Assembly (NCBI GenBank): GCA_049974845.1
Contig: JBNGCP010000006.1
Span: forward strand, 22,386-86,385
DNA from: Anaerolineae bacterium
GTDB lineage: Bacteria; Chloroflexota; Anaerolineae; B4-G1; SLSP01
Direction: 5' to 3'
DNA: 64,000 nt
The translations under genes were made by a program, and so were the position numbers. The notes beneath the pieces were generated by a model that was not told where the DNA came from, ran no database searches, and was given only the letters and a program-made list of their open reading frames with translations. Positions 29,226 to 38,016 of the stretch are shown here, piece by piece. Each line of letters begins with the position of its first letter. Position 1 is the first letter of the stretch.

Positions 29226-29942
29226 CTATGCTTGTTGGGGTTGTTGGTATTTTCTTTCGAACAGATCGGGCTCGTAAGCCGCACGTCGCCCCGGACATTC
29301 CCCCCGCGGGCAGAGCTGGCAGCTCTCAAACCGCTCCTCCGTCGGGAATCGAATGCCGGAGATGGTCTTGTTTGGGATCATCAGAAAGCTCTCGGTCAGC
29401 TGCACCCCAATCGCCGCCTCGGGATCCCCGAGAATCCGGAAAAGGGGACGCTGCTGCCGGATCGGCCAATCGGCCAAGGAGCCCGGAGCCATCGTCGACG
29501 TGCGTCCCAAGGCATAGCACTCGTACAGATGGGCGTTAAGCGCCTGCGTCGCCGCCCCCAGCGCGGCCTCCTTGATCGCGTCAGCCCAGTAACGATAGAG
29601 CATATCGTCGAGGCCGTCACTCCAGGTCTGCAGTTCCGCCCCGCACGTGGCGATATAGACGAAAACCCGATGAGCCACCGCAAGGTTGACTCGCAATACG
29701 CGGCTGTGCAGCCTCACGCCGTCGACGGTCACACTCTCGTCGGACCTGTCGTCGACGTAGGCGAGCTTGTACATGGCCTTAGGCCTGGCGATCGCCGCGG
29801 CTGTCTTGAGCAGCCCGGCAAACTCGGCAAGCTGCTGGCTGCCGTCCTTGAGCCTCAGACGTTTGGCCAATGAGCCAAGGTCAGGCTGAAAAACAATGTC
29901 ATCGAGTATGTAAGGTCTCTCGCCGTTATCGATTGCGTTCAT
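29226..29942 (-). CDS. MetH activation-domain-like (AdoMet-binding) protein with C-terminal CxxCxxxxC motif
   Basis: It is 238 aa. The segment LTESFLMIPNKTISGIRF and the preceding PGSLADWP resemble the conserved core of the B12-dependent methionine synthase reactivation domain (E. coli LTESFAMWPGASVSGWYF). The C-terminus is SCQLCPRGECPG. Confidence 0.5.
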   Translation of the reverse strand: MNAIDNGERPYILDDIVFQPDLGSLAKRLRLKDGSQQLAEFAGLLKTAAAIARPKAMYKLAYVDDRSDESVTVDGVRLHSRVLRVNLAVAHRVFVYIATCGAELQTWSDGLDDMLYRYWADAIKEAALGAATQALNAHLYECYALGRTSTMAPGSLADWPIRQQRPLFRILGDPEAAIGVQLTESFLMIPNKTISGIRFPTEERFESCQLCPRGECPGRRAAYEPDLFERKYQQPQQA

Positions 29943-29986
29943 TGTTGTCTGCTATGGTTCCGTTCTGTGCGTGAAAGGTTCTCGGG

Positions 29987-30523
29987 TCACGATCGGTGGG
30001 CCACCAACAGCCCTCGAATCAGGGCCAACAGCCCCAGGCCGATGAAGAGGATCGGCCACCCGATGAAGTCCAGGCCAAGACCGCTGATATTCAGGATCAG
30101 TTCAAAGAAGACCAGGCCCACGAGAAACATGATCAGCCCGATGTTCACCAGGGTCGAACCGGTCCGTATGGCGCTCTCCCTACGCTTGCTCCAACCATAG
30201 AGCATCTCTGCCAAGCCTATACCAGTTGGGGTGATCAGCGCCCACACGTAGGCCCAACTGGTCCAGTGCCCTGTGACACTTTGATAGAGCAGCACCAATC
30301 CTACCATCGTGACAATCCCGCTCAACATTGCGAAAGGCTCACTCAAGGGCGTATCGGCGGCAAGGGCGAAGAGGAAGATCAAGACGCCGGGCAGAATGAC
30401 AAAGAAGGGCCACAGGAAAGCGCCGATGTTGAGCTGCAAAAACTGCCCGACCAGGGCCAGGACCCCCAGGACGATCAGAGCAATACCGAGTGCCCGAACA
30501 AACGCTCTTGGTCCCTCAAACAT
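29987..30523 (-). CDS. Integral membrane protein (5-6 TM), unknown function
   Basis: It is a 178-aa, very hydrophobic protein inside the rSAM cluster. Confidence 0.55.
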   Translation of the reverse strand: MFEGPRAFVRALGIALIVLGVLALVGQFLQLNIGAFLWPFFVILPGVLIFLFALAADTPLSEPFAMLSGIVTMVGLVLLYQSVTGHWTSWAYVWALITPTGIGLAEMLYGWSKRRESAIRTGSTLVNIGLIMFLVGLVFFELILNISGLGLDFIGWPILFIGLGLLALIRGLLVAHRS

Positions 30524-30580
30524 GCCTTTCCTCCTGCGTGATTTGGAAACCCGGCATCCAAAGCGCCCCGCGAACCTGCC

Positions 30581-32086
30581 CTAGCGTCGCGTCCCCGTCA
30601 GGACGCCCTCCTGTGTCGCAGATCGATCGTCGGTGAATGACACGACGCGGCCCGACCCCCGTCGGGTAGGGCGAGAACACCCGCGCTCAGCCGCCCGAAT
30701 CCCGGCCCGCGCTTCTCGCTCCAACCGGCATCCCCCCCCGCACATCTCCAGGTCCGGACAATCCCAGCAGGCCTCCGGCAACCCCGCGGCTTGCGGGTCC
30801 TCCTCACGATTTCGGAAGCTGAGGAAGAGCTCGCTATTCCATATACTCTCCCACGGATCGGCAAGGATGTTGCCTGCGGTGACGTAGTAAGACTGACAAG
30901 GGAGGACGACGCCGTTGGGCTCGATGCAGATCGAGTATTCGGCTGCATTGCAGCGCTTGGGCGGCAGGCCCAGCGCCACCGGGGACAAGCGGCAGTAGTC
31001 GGTCACCGTGTACCAGAGGAACCGCATGTTGAGCCGCTCGGCCTCGTCCCTCACCGCAGCGAGCAGGGCCGCCATGTCCTCAGCCGGAATGGCAGCGGGC
31101 GTACTCGTCCCTCCTCCGGCATGGATAATACCGTTCATCGCGAAGGTCTGTAGACCTAACTCATGGAGAAACCTGACGGTATCGAGGACGTGATCCTGAT
31201 TTTGCCGGGTAACGGTCGTATTGGTGATGGTGTGTATGCCGGCGTCCAGCGCGCTCTGAATCCCCGCAACCGTCTCTTCGAAAGCGCCCTCCACACCCAC
31301 CATCTCATCATGGACGGAGCGGTAGCACGACTCCAGCGTGATCTGCACGTGGTTGAGCCCTGCTGCTGCCAGCGAGGTCGTCAACACTCGATCCGCGAGG
31401 CGACGTCCGTTGCTGTTCATGCCGACGATCAGACCGAGTCCGTCGGCATACCGAACCAACTGCGCCAGGGCGGGATGGAGTGTCGGCTCACCGCCGGTCA
31501 GGATGACGTGAGGAATGCCGATGTCCAGGATCCGATCGAAGACCCGCATCCAGTCGCGCGTGGTGAGCGAAGCCATCGCGAACCGTTCCTGCTCGTTATA
31601 GCAATGTGGGCAGGCATTGTTGCAGGCATAGGTGAGCGCGACGTCCACCTTATAGGGCGCCGTGACGGGCGTGCTGAAGATCGGCTGAAAATCCACAAGC
31701 GGCCCTAGGGCGCACGTCGGACAGATATTGTCGGTCTCTCGCAAACGCCGAACCATATCATACATCGTGGCGACCGCCTCCGAGAGCTCTCCTTTCGTGA
31801 CACCGCGGTACCGACGAATCATCCGGTCTCGCGCCTCGGCCTGCGGGACGTCGTCCAGCGCTAGCTTGACCATCTCGACGGCAGTCGCATTAAGATGGAT
31901 CACGTCGGTGACGTCGATAAAGAGCACGCCCGAGCCATCCTCGTTGACGCGTAGATGCACGCGGCGCTGCCCCCCGTCCAAGACCAAGGGATAGCTGTAG
32001 AGGCCGGGAGCCATTGCCACCGACCCAGGCTGCAACAGAGCCCGGACGGTAGTCATCAGACGATGCCACTCCGACGATAGATTCAT
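30581..32086 (-). CDS. Radical SAM/SPASM-domain maturase with N-terminal extension
   Basis: It has the canonical CxxxCxxC (YACNNACPHCYNE), a GGEPTL SAM-binding motif and a C-terminal SPASM region (CQSYY...CWDCPDLEMCGGGC). The ~120-aa N-terminal domain is shared with the degenerate paralog. Confidence 0.85.
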   Translation of the reverse strand: MNLSSEWHRLMTTVRALLQPGSVAMAPGLYSYPLVLDGGQRRVHLRVNEDGSGVLFIDVTDVIHLNATAVEMVKLALDDVPQAEARDRMIRRYRGVTKGELSEAVATMYDMVRRLRETDNICPTCALGPLVDFQPIFSTPVTAPYKVDVALTYACNNACPHCYNEQERFAMASLTTRDWMRVFDRILDIGIPHVILTGGEPTLHPALAQLVRYADGLGLIVGMNSNGRRLADRVLTTSLAAAGLNHVQITLESCYRSVHDEMVGVEGAFEETVAGIQSALDAGIHTITNTTVTRQNQDHVLDTVRFLHELGLQTFAMNGIIHAGGGTSTPAAIPAEDMAALLAAVRDEAERLNMRFLWYTVTDYCRLSPVALGLPPKRCNAAEYSICIEPNGVVLPCQSYYVTAGNILADPWESIWNSELFLSFRNREEDPQAAGLPEACWDCPDLEMCGGGCRLEREARAGIRAAERGCSRPTRRGSGRVVSFTDDRSATQEGVLTGTRR

Positions 32087-32316
32087 AATTCTCTATGTAT
32101 GTTTACGTACAAAGCGGCGCCGGGTTGCAGCTCGGCCTTGACACAGAGCACCCCCGAGCCGTAACCGAGGCTGCGCCAACCTTCCCCCCAGCGATGTCCC
32201 CGACGTCTAAGTCGGCATTAACGGACTGATCCACCTGTTGAACGCGAGAGAAAAACGGAGGAGATGGGGGTCACCGCGTTGGCAGGAGCGCGACAGAAAG
32301 AGCACGAGCGCAGCGT

Positions 32317-32724
32317 TCACCACTTTGGGGCTTCTTCGATCTGGTAAGAGGCCCCACAGTACGGACACTCGACGAAAATGGCGCCCGCCTTGACCTCAAG
32401 GTTGCCCTTGCTCAGGGCGCCGCCACAGGACCGACACTTCAGCTGCTCTAGCTGAACATCGCCCGACAGGTCGATCTTCTGTACGTGGGTGTGTTCCTCA
32501 TGTTTGGGGCGAACGCGCGTCAGATAGATGAGCACGCCGGCCGCAGCGAAAAGGATCAGACCGACGACGATGCGTATAACCTGTCCCTGCGATCCCACCA
32601 CAAACATAAACCCGAAAAAGGCCACCACCGCGGCAATCAGGTAGGTCAAGAGCTCCATCGCGTTCTCCTCCACAGGCGTTTTGGGTTGCAGCAGGTAGTA
32701 TAGTCGATCCGCCATGCTCGTCAA
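32317..32724 (-). CDS. Small membrane protein with C-terminal zinc-ribbon (CxxC-x15-CxxC)
   Basis: It is 135 aa with two TM helices and then CRSCGG...CPYCG. It is the first gene of the minus-strand cluster; its start may be the internal Met (MELLTYL). Confidence 0.55.
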   Translation of the reverse strand: MTSMADRLYYLLQPKTPVEENAMELLTYLIAAVVAFFGFMFVVGSQGQVIRIVVGLILFAAAGVLIYLTRVRPKHEEHTHVQKIDLSGDVQLEQLKCRSCGGALSKGNLEVKAGAIFVECPYCGASYQIEEAPKW

Positions 32725-32816
32725 CGATCAGCCCAGTGAGATACAGCAGCGGGGGGGTCAGCAACCTCCCCGCAATCCCTGCGTCACACAGGCAGATGAG
32801 CCGAAGTCTCCCCGTG

Positions 32817-33979
32817 TCAGGAACCACCGGGTTTGCTGCGGAGGCCTGCCAGCGCGGTCACAAAACCCAGGAACAGGGCGGCGGCACCCGTGAGGTAGGG
32901 CAGGCTGAGATGCAGATCGAAGGCGTAGCCGGCGCAGAGGGGGCCGATCACCCTCGCGAGGCTGATCGCGGTGTTCCCCATCCCCATCATCGCGCCCTGT
33001 TGCCGCGAGGCCCGCTTGGAGACAAGCGCCAGCAGCACCAAGTAGCCGGCGGCCCCTGCGATCATCGAGCCCTTGGCCACGCTGGCCTCGCCGAAGCGCT
33101 TCGTGAGCGGGCCTGTCAGCAGCCCCTTTCCGAAGGTCGTGACGACGCCGACGACCACGAGGATCGTGTCCACGCGCTCGGGTCCGAAGCCAAACCTGTC
33201 GGCCGCATAGAGGCCAAAGACCGCCTCGAAGTTGGCCAGGCCGAGGCTGGCGATGAAGAGGAGCAGAAGCGTAAATCCCACGGGGCCGGTGAACGCTTCC
33301 CAAAGCCGCCGCGGGTCCAGCGCAGGCTGCGTCGCAGCTTGCGCCGCGACAGCCTCTGCGGTCGCGAGCCCGTCGCCTTGAGCAACGTCACGCGACGAAA
33401 CGGAGGTCCGGGGCGTCTCAGGCAGGAGGAGCATCACCAACAAGAGGCCAACAAAGGCCAACGCCGCCCCGATGAAAAACGGGAGCGAGAGGGAAGCGCC
33501 CCCGAGCCAACCGCCCAGGCCCGGTCCCAGGATCACGCCCAGGCCGGCCGCCGATCCGAGGGCGCCAATCCCGCCACCGCGATCCTCCTCCGAGGTCGTG
33601 TCACTGACGTAGGCCATGGCCGTGGGCATCGTAGCCGCGGTCAGCACACCGGAGAGCGCGCGGGCGCCGATGAGCATCCACAGCTTGTGCGCCAACCCCA
33701 TCAACACCATTGACAGCCCATACCCGAAGATGCCGACCGCGAGCACGCGCTTGCGCCCGATGCGGCCCGACCAAGCCCCCCACATCGGCGAGAAGAGAAG
33801 CTCCGTCAGGGCAGCCACCGCCACCAGGATCCCCATCGCGCTGCCGCTGCCCCCCAACGCCTCGATGTAGAGTAGAAGGGGAAGATGGGGATGATGACGC
33901 CGTAGCCCAGCATCACGACGACGAGGACGAAGGAGAGGATGATAAGTGAACGCTGCTCAGTCCGGCTTCCCGCTGTCAT
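32817..33979 (-). pseudogene. MFS transporter disrupted by a 5-bp tandem duplication (GTAGAGTAGA at 33867-33876)
   Basis: ATG 33979 encodes an MFS N-terminus (…GYGVIIPIFPFY) and then shifts frame. The frame containing the 346-aa ORF 32817..33857 continues …IEALGGSGSAMGILVA. Removing one TCTAC copy restores FYIEALGG. Confidence 0.65.
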
Positions 33980-33997
33980 CGCGTCTTCCTCCTCAGC

Positions 33998-35331
33998 TCA
34001 GGCGGGGGTCGCCTCGGCACCGTCCTCGAGGATGACCTCGCCCGCATCGCCGTCGACGGTGACGGTCATCCCGCTTTGAATGCGCTTCGTAGCGACGCCG
34101 GTGCCCAGGACAGCAGGGATGCCGTACTCACGGGCGACGATGGAGCCGTGGCTCAGCGGCCCACCGATGTTGGTGACGATGCCCGAGGCCATCGCGAAGA
34201 GCGGCGTCCAGGCTGGCGTGGTGACGTCCGCCACGAAGATGTCCCCGTGCTGCATCTGATCGAAGTCCTCGGGACCGTGCAGCACCCGCGCGCACCCCGT
34301 CACCCGGCCCGGGCTGGCGCCGAGCCCTTGAGCGCGGTCTCTTTCTGTTCCTCCGCGCTTGTCGGGACGTAAGCGTCCGTCTTGAGGCCCATCACCCGTT
34401 CCTTGTACGGCAACTGTGGCGGAGGCGTGACGCGCTTCTCGGCGCGCCACGTCATCTTTCGCTCCTTAACGCGCTCTGCGTACGTCCCCAGCGGCTCATC
34501 GCGGTCGAGGGCGGCAGCTGCGGTCTCCACTTCGTCCCGCTCAAGCCAGAAGATGTCGTCCGGCGCCTCAAGCGCTCCGGCGTCGACCATGCGCTGACCC
34601 AGCTCCTGCAACATCTGTCGGATGTAGGGATAGGCCAGACCGATATCAAAGATGCTGTCCTCACGCACCACTGTGAAGGTCTGCGCCCATTCCAGTGTCT
34701 TGTTGAAGATTTTGCGTCTCAGGCCACCAACCCTCTCCCGCACCGCCGCGATCGCCTCCTCGCGCTCCTCGCGCAGTCGCTGCTGGCGCGCATAGGGGTT
34801 CTGCCCCTCACCCCGAAGGAAGATGATGAAAGTTCGCAATGGTGGGGTCGGGTCGTCAGCCGGGACGGGTTTGGCGAAGTCAAGATCGTAAATACTGTGC
34901 CCGTACTCGTCCAGATAGGCTCGGAAGCGCTCTAACCATCCCTGCCACGGATCGGCGCGGACGCCGGAGGGAACACCCTTGTGCTTCAGCCCATCTACCA
35001 GCTCGGAGATCAGGGCACGTGTCAGGTAAGCCGTCAGACCCTCATACTCCCGGCACCATTCGGCCAGATCGTAAAGCGCTTTCTCCGCCTGGATGGGCAG
35101 GCTGTCCGCACCGAGGAGGAACGTCGGTGCCGGCGGATCCTGGGCGCCCTTGCGCTTGATCAGCTTCTGGTAGACTGTCGTGAAGAGCATCTCGGAGCCT
35201 GCAGCGATTCCAAGGGTGTCGACCTGCAGCGCGGTGATGGCGCGGGCCTGCACGATGGCGAACTCTCCCTCGACCATCGCCCACTCGATATCACGGGGGT
35301 CGCCGAAGAGCTCCTCGATCTCGCGGCCCAA
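33998..35331 (-). pseudogene. PEP-utilising enzyme (PEP synthase/rifampin-phosphotransferase-like) remnant, N-terminally truncated and frameshifted
   Basis: The 343-aa ORF carries the end of the ATP-grasp/PPDK_N domain (DIEWAMVEGEFAIVQARAIT). The 150-aa ORF carries the PEP-utiliser mobile domain (GGPLSHGSIVAREYGIPAV). The two are joined by a -1 shift at a G-run (ctcaagggctcggc versus expected ctcaaggggctcggc). About 330 N-terminal residues are missing. Confidence 0.65.
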
Positions 35332-35339
35332 CCGCTGAG

Positions 35340-35489
35340 CAGCGTGGTCTTGCCGAAGCCCGCCGGTGCGGAGATCAGGGTCAGGCGACGACGACGGCCC
35401 AGATCCAGTTGGGCCGTCAGGCGGGCGCGCTCGACGAGCCTGGCTCGTACGGGCGGGACCACGATCTTGGTGCTCAGGAGTGAGTCCAT
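35340..35489 (-). pseudogene. N-terminal fragment of a LuxR/MalT-family ATPase regulator
   Basis: MDSLLSTKIVVPPVRARLVERARLTAQLDLGRRRRLTLISAPAGFGKTTLLSGWAA includes a Walker A motif. It then reads out of frame into the PEP-enzyme remnant; the frame offset at the junction is +2. Confidence 0.55.
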
Positions 35490-35739
35490 CAGGCTCCGAC
35501 TTCTGCTTAGTGCCTCATCACGCCACCTAGCGCTCCAGAATGCCGGCCCGCGACGGAGAACTCATAGGATCGCCGGGAAGACAGAGAGCCGCACGCTCGT
35601 TGTCTCGGTCCCAGTATAGAGCAAGTAGCACGTCAATCAAGACGCGCTCCTGTGCGGCATCGCGAGGTGTCAGGACACACAGCAGTGCCCGGCAGGACCA
35701 AGGCTTGGTCCTGCCGGGCATCAAACGGAAGTCGGTGAT

Positions 35740-37050
35740 CTAGTTCGCCGGGTTCAGCGTGCGACCAACGAAGAGCAGCGCGCCGGTCTCGATATCGCGA
35801 ATCAGGAAGATAAAGGGGCGGTCCACCGTCATCTCCACCGGCTCCTCGGGCATCGCCGAGGTCAGGCCGACGACGACGGCAGTCGCCGCCGCTGCCTCGG
35901 TGCCCTCCTCATCCACGGAGACGAAAGCCTGGTGGAGCACATCGGTAATCATCAGCTCCCGCCGCTCGTTTATGCCGGAGAAATCAGCCTCCTCAGTGAA
36001 GGCCACGGGCATGCCCAGCTCCGATAGCGCATCGGTCAGGCTGAACTTCGATGAGAACTCGAATCGGGGCATCGCCAGGTTGACGCGCTGGCTCTGCAGT
36101 GCGCTGAGGATCGAAGCCAGCTTCTCGCGGTCGAGGTCGCGTTCAAAGTCGGCGAACTCCCCGGAATCCGGCAGCAGGATCACCATCGACAGCTCGCGCC
36201 CGTCATAGGGAAGCTCGACTGCCTGATAGCCGTCCCCCGCCGTATAAGCAAAGCGTTCAGTTTGGCGCATCATCGGAACCTCAACGGAGCTCCCATCGAG
36301 AAGGTAGAAGGGGCCGTCTTCGGTCCGGCTCTCCTCAAAGGGCTCGGCCCAGGCAGCGTTGAAGTAGATTGCGTTGGTGAGGACCAGTCGGGTGAAGGCA
36401 TCGAGCACGCCTTGGGGGATCAGATCCTCGATCCGTCCCTCGGTCTGTTCGCTGACCCAGGCGTTGATCGTCTGGCGGGCCCCTTCGGCGTCTTCGACGA
36501 AGTCCACCAGGCGCAAACCTGCGCCGTAGTTCCGGGCGAGCGTGTCGAGGAAGGCCTGCTCGAAGTCGTAGCCTTGTTGGCCCCACAGCGCGTTGACGAC
36601 GTGCAGTCGGAAGCCCTCACCGTCCTTGCCCTTGGCGTCCTCCCCACGCGCACTCAGAATCAGATCGAGCTGATTGAATGCAGCGTGAAGCTCATCCTGA
36701 GGCAGCGTGAAGTGGAGCGTATCCGCCATCTGGGACTCCGTCTCACCGCGCGCGCCGGCATACGTCATCGCGAGCGCCACCGAGATGCTGTGCGGCGAGA
36801 GGAACAGGTCGTCCTGCGACCGATCCGCCAGGTAACGATACAGTTCCAGGGCAAAAGCCTGGTTATCCTCCACGAGCCGCGCAAGCGCCTGTCCGCTGAC
36901 GTCCGGCTCGGCGATGCGCGACGCGTCCGAGGCCGCTAAAACGATCTTGTCTCCCATAGCGTTGTCACCCAATGGATTGAGCCCACACCCTACAAGTCCA
37001 AGAAGGACCACTAGCCATACAAAGCGTTTCACATAAGTCTGCATGTGCAT
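35740..37050 (-). CDS. Serpin-family protease inhibitor, lipoprotein
   Basis: It has a lipobox (LGLVGCG), serpin motifs (NAIYFNAAWAEPF; hinge and RCL region GTEAAAATAVVV; C-terminal PFIFLIRDIETGALLFVGR) and is 436 aa. Confidence 0.8.
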   Translation of the reverse strand: MHMQTYVKRFVWLVVLLGLVGCGLNPLGDNAMGDKIVLAASDASRIAEPDVSGQALARLVEDNQAFALELYRYLADRSQDDLFLSPHSISVALAMTYAGARGETESQMADTLHFTLPQDELHAAFNQLDLILSARGEDAKGKDGEGFRLHVVNALWGQQGYDFEQAFLDTLARNYGAGLRLVDFVEDAEGARQTINAWVSEQTEGRIEDLIPQGVLDAFTRLVLTNAIYFNAAWAEPFEESRTEDGPFYLLDGSSVEVPMMRQTERFAYTAGDGYQAVELPYDGRELSMVILLPDSGEFADFERDLDREKLASILSALQSQRVNLAMPRFEFSSKFSLTDALSELGMPVAFTEEADFSGINERRELMITDVLHQAFVSVDEEGTEAAAATAVVVGLTSAMPEEPVEMTVDRPFIFLIRDIETGALLFVGRTLNPAN

Positions 37051-37212
37051 AACCTCCCGCAGCTCCAGGAATTGATCTCATCATTCGTGATCGCATCAGT
37101 GATGATGCCATCACTCTATAGACGCGGGAGAAGCAGCATAAGTTCCCCGGATGGTTCCGCATCGCTGACAGCTGGTTCTATCCATCGCGTTCCACAGCCA
37201 ACACCGAGCTGG

Positions 37213-37830
37213 TTAGGCAAGCGCCGGATGCCCGGGGGCGGGCATGCAGATGATCTCCAGGAACCGCAGATCGAAGAAGGTCTGCGCATGGGTGGGACGC
37301 AGCACCACCGCCGTGTCAGCCCCTTGTCCGGTTCCACTTACTGCGATCAGGGGTTCCGCCGTAGGCACGAGACCCGCATCCGAGGCCATCAGCGCGATCT
37401 CAGCTGCGACCTTCATTCCCTCACCGAAGAGACGAAGGGTAAAGGCGATGATCTCCTCGATCTGATACGTATCCAGCTTCTTCCGCACGGCACGCCCGAC
37501 CCCGCCGAAGGCGTGGGTGGCGGTAAGCACTTTTCCACCTGCGCCCTCGATGCGCTCGCAGACAGCGCGGTCGTGCTCAACGTCATAGGGCTCGCGAAAA
37601 CCGGCGGAATGCGTCACCGCGATGACGTCCAGGCCGCTTAGAGTCTGCACCGCCTGCAGGCCGGTGGCGCCACTGGTGGTGGCGACCAAGACAGTCTGAA
37701 TGCCCAGGGCCTTGGCCCGTTCTGCCACGAGGGCCAACGTTCGCTCCGTGTTAACCGGCCCTGACTCGGCGAAATAAACGGTCTGGCTCACAAGCTCGTT
37801 CACATGTCCCTCCTTAAGTTCTGGTGCCAT
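37213..37830 (-). CDS. Stand-alone pyruvate-kinase C-terminal alpha/beta-domain-like protein
   Basis: It is 205 aa and resembles the PK_C domain (…GIQTVLVATTSGATGLQ…IAVTHSAGF…). Confidence 0.5.
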   Translation of the reverse strand: MAPELKEGHVNELVSQTVYFAESGPVNTERTLALVAERAKALGIQTVLVATTSGATGLQAVQTLSGLDVIAVTHSAGFREPYDVEHDRAVCERIEGAGGKVLTATHAFGGVGRAVRKKLDTYQIEEIIAFTLRLFGEGMKVAAEIALMASDAGLVPTAEPLIAVSGTGQGADTAVVLRPTHAQTFFDLRFLEIICMPAPGHPALA

Positions 37831-38016
37831 CAGATGTGATGCATCAACTCAACACCCCGGCTCCGATCATCGTCGACAACTAGAGTATAAGGTCTGCTTG
37901 AGGCTCGTCAAAGTCTCATGTTTCACTTGCCACTTCTTCAGCCCACGATGCTTATGTGGTATGATAGAGCCGATTTGAGTTTGCGATCCCTAACGAATCA
38001 CAGGAGGCAAGTGCCT

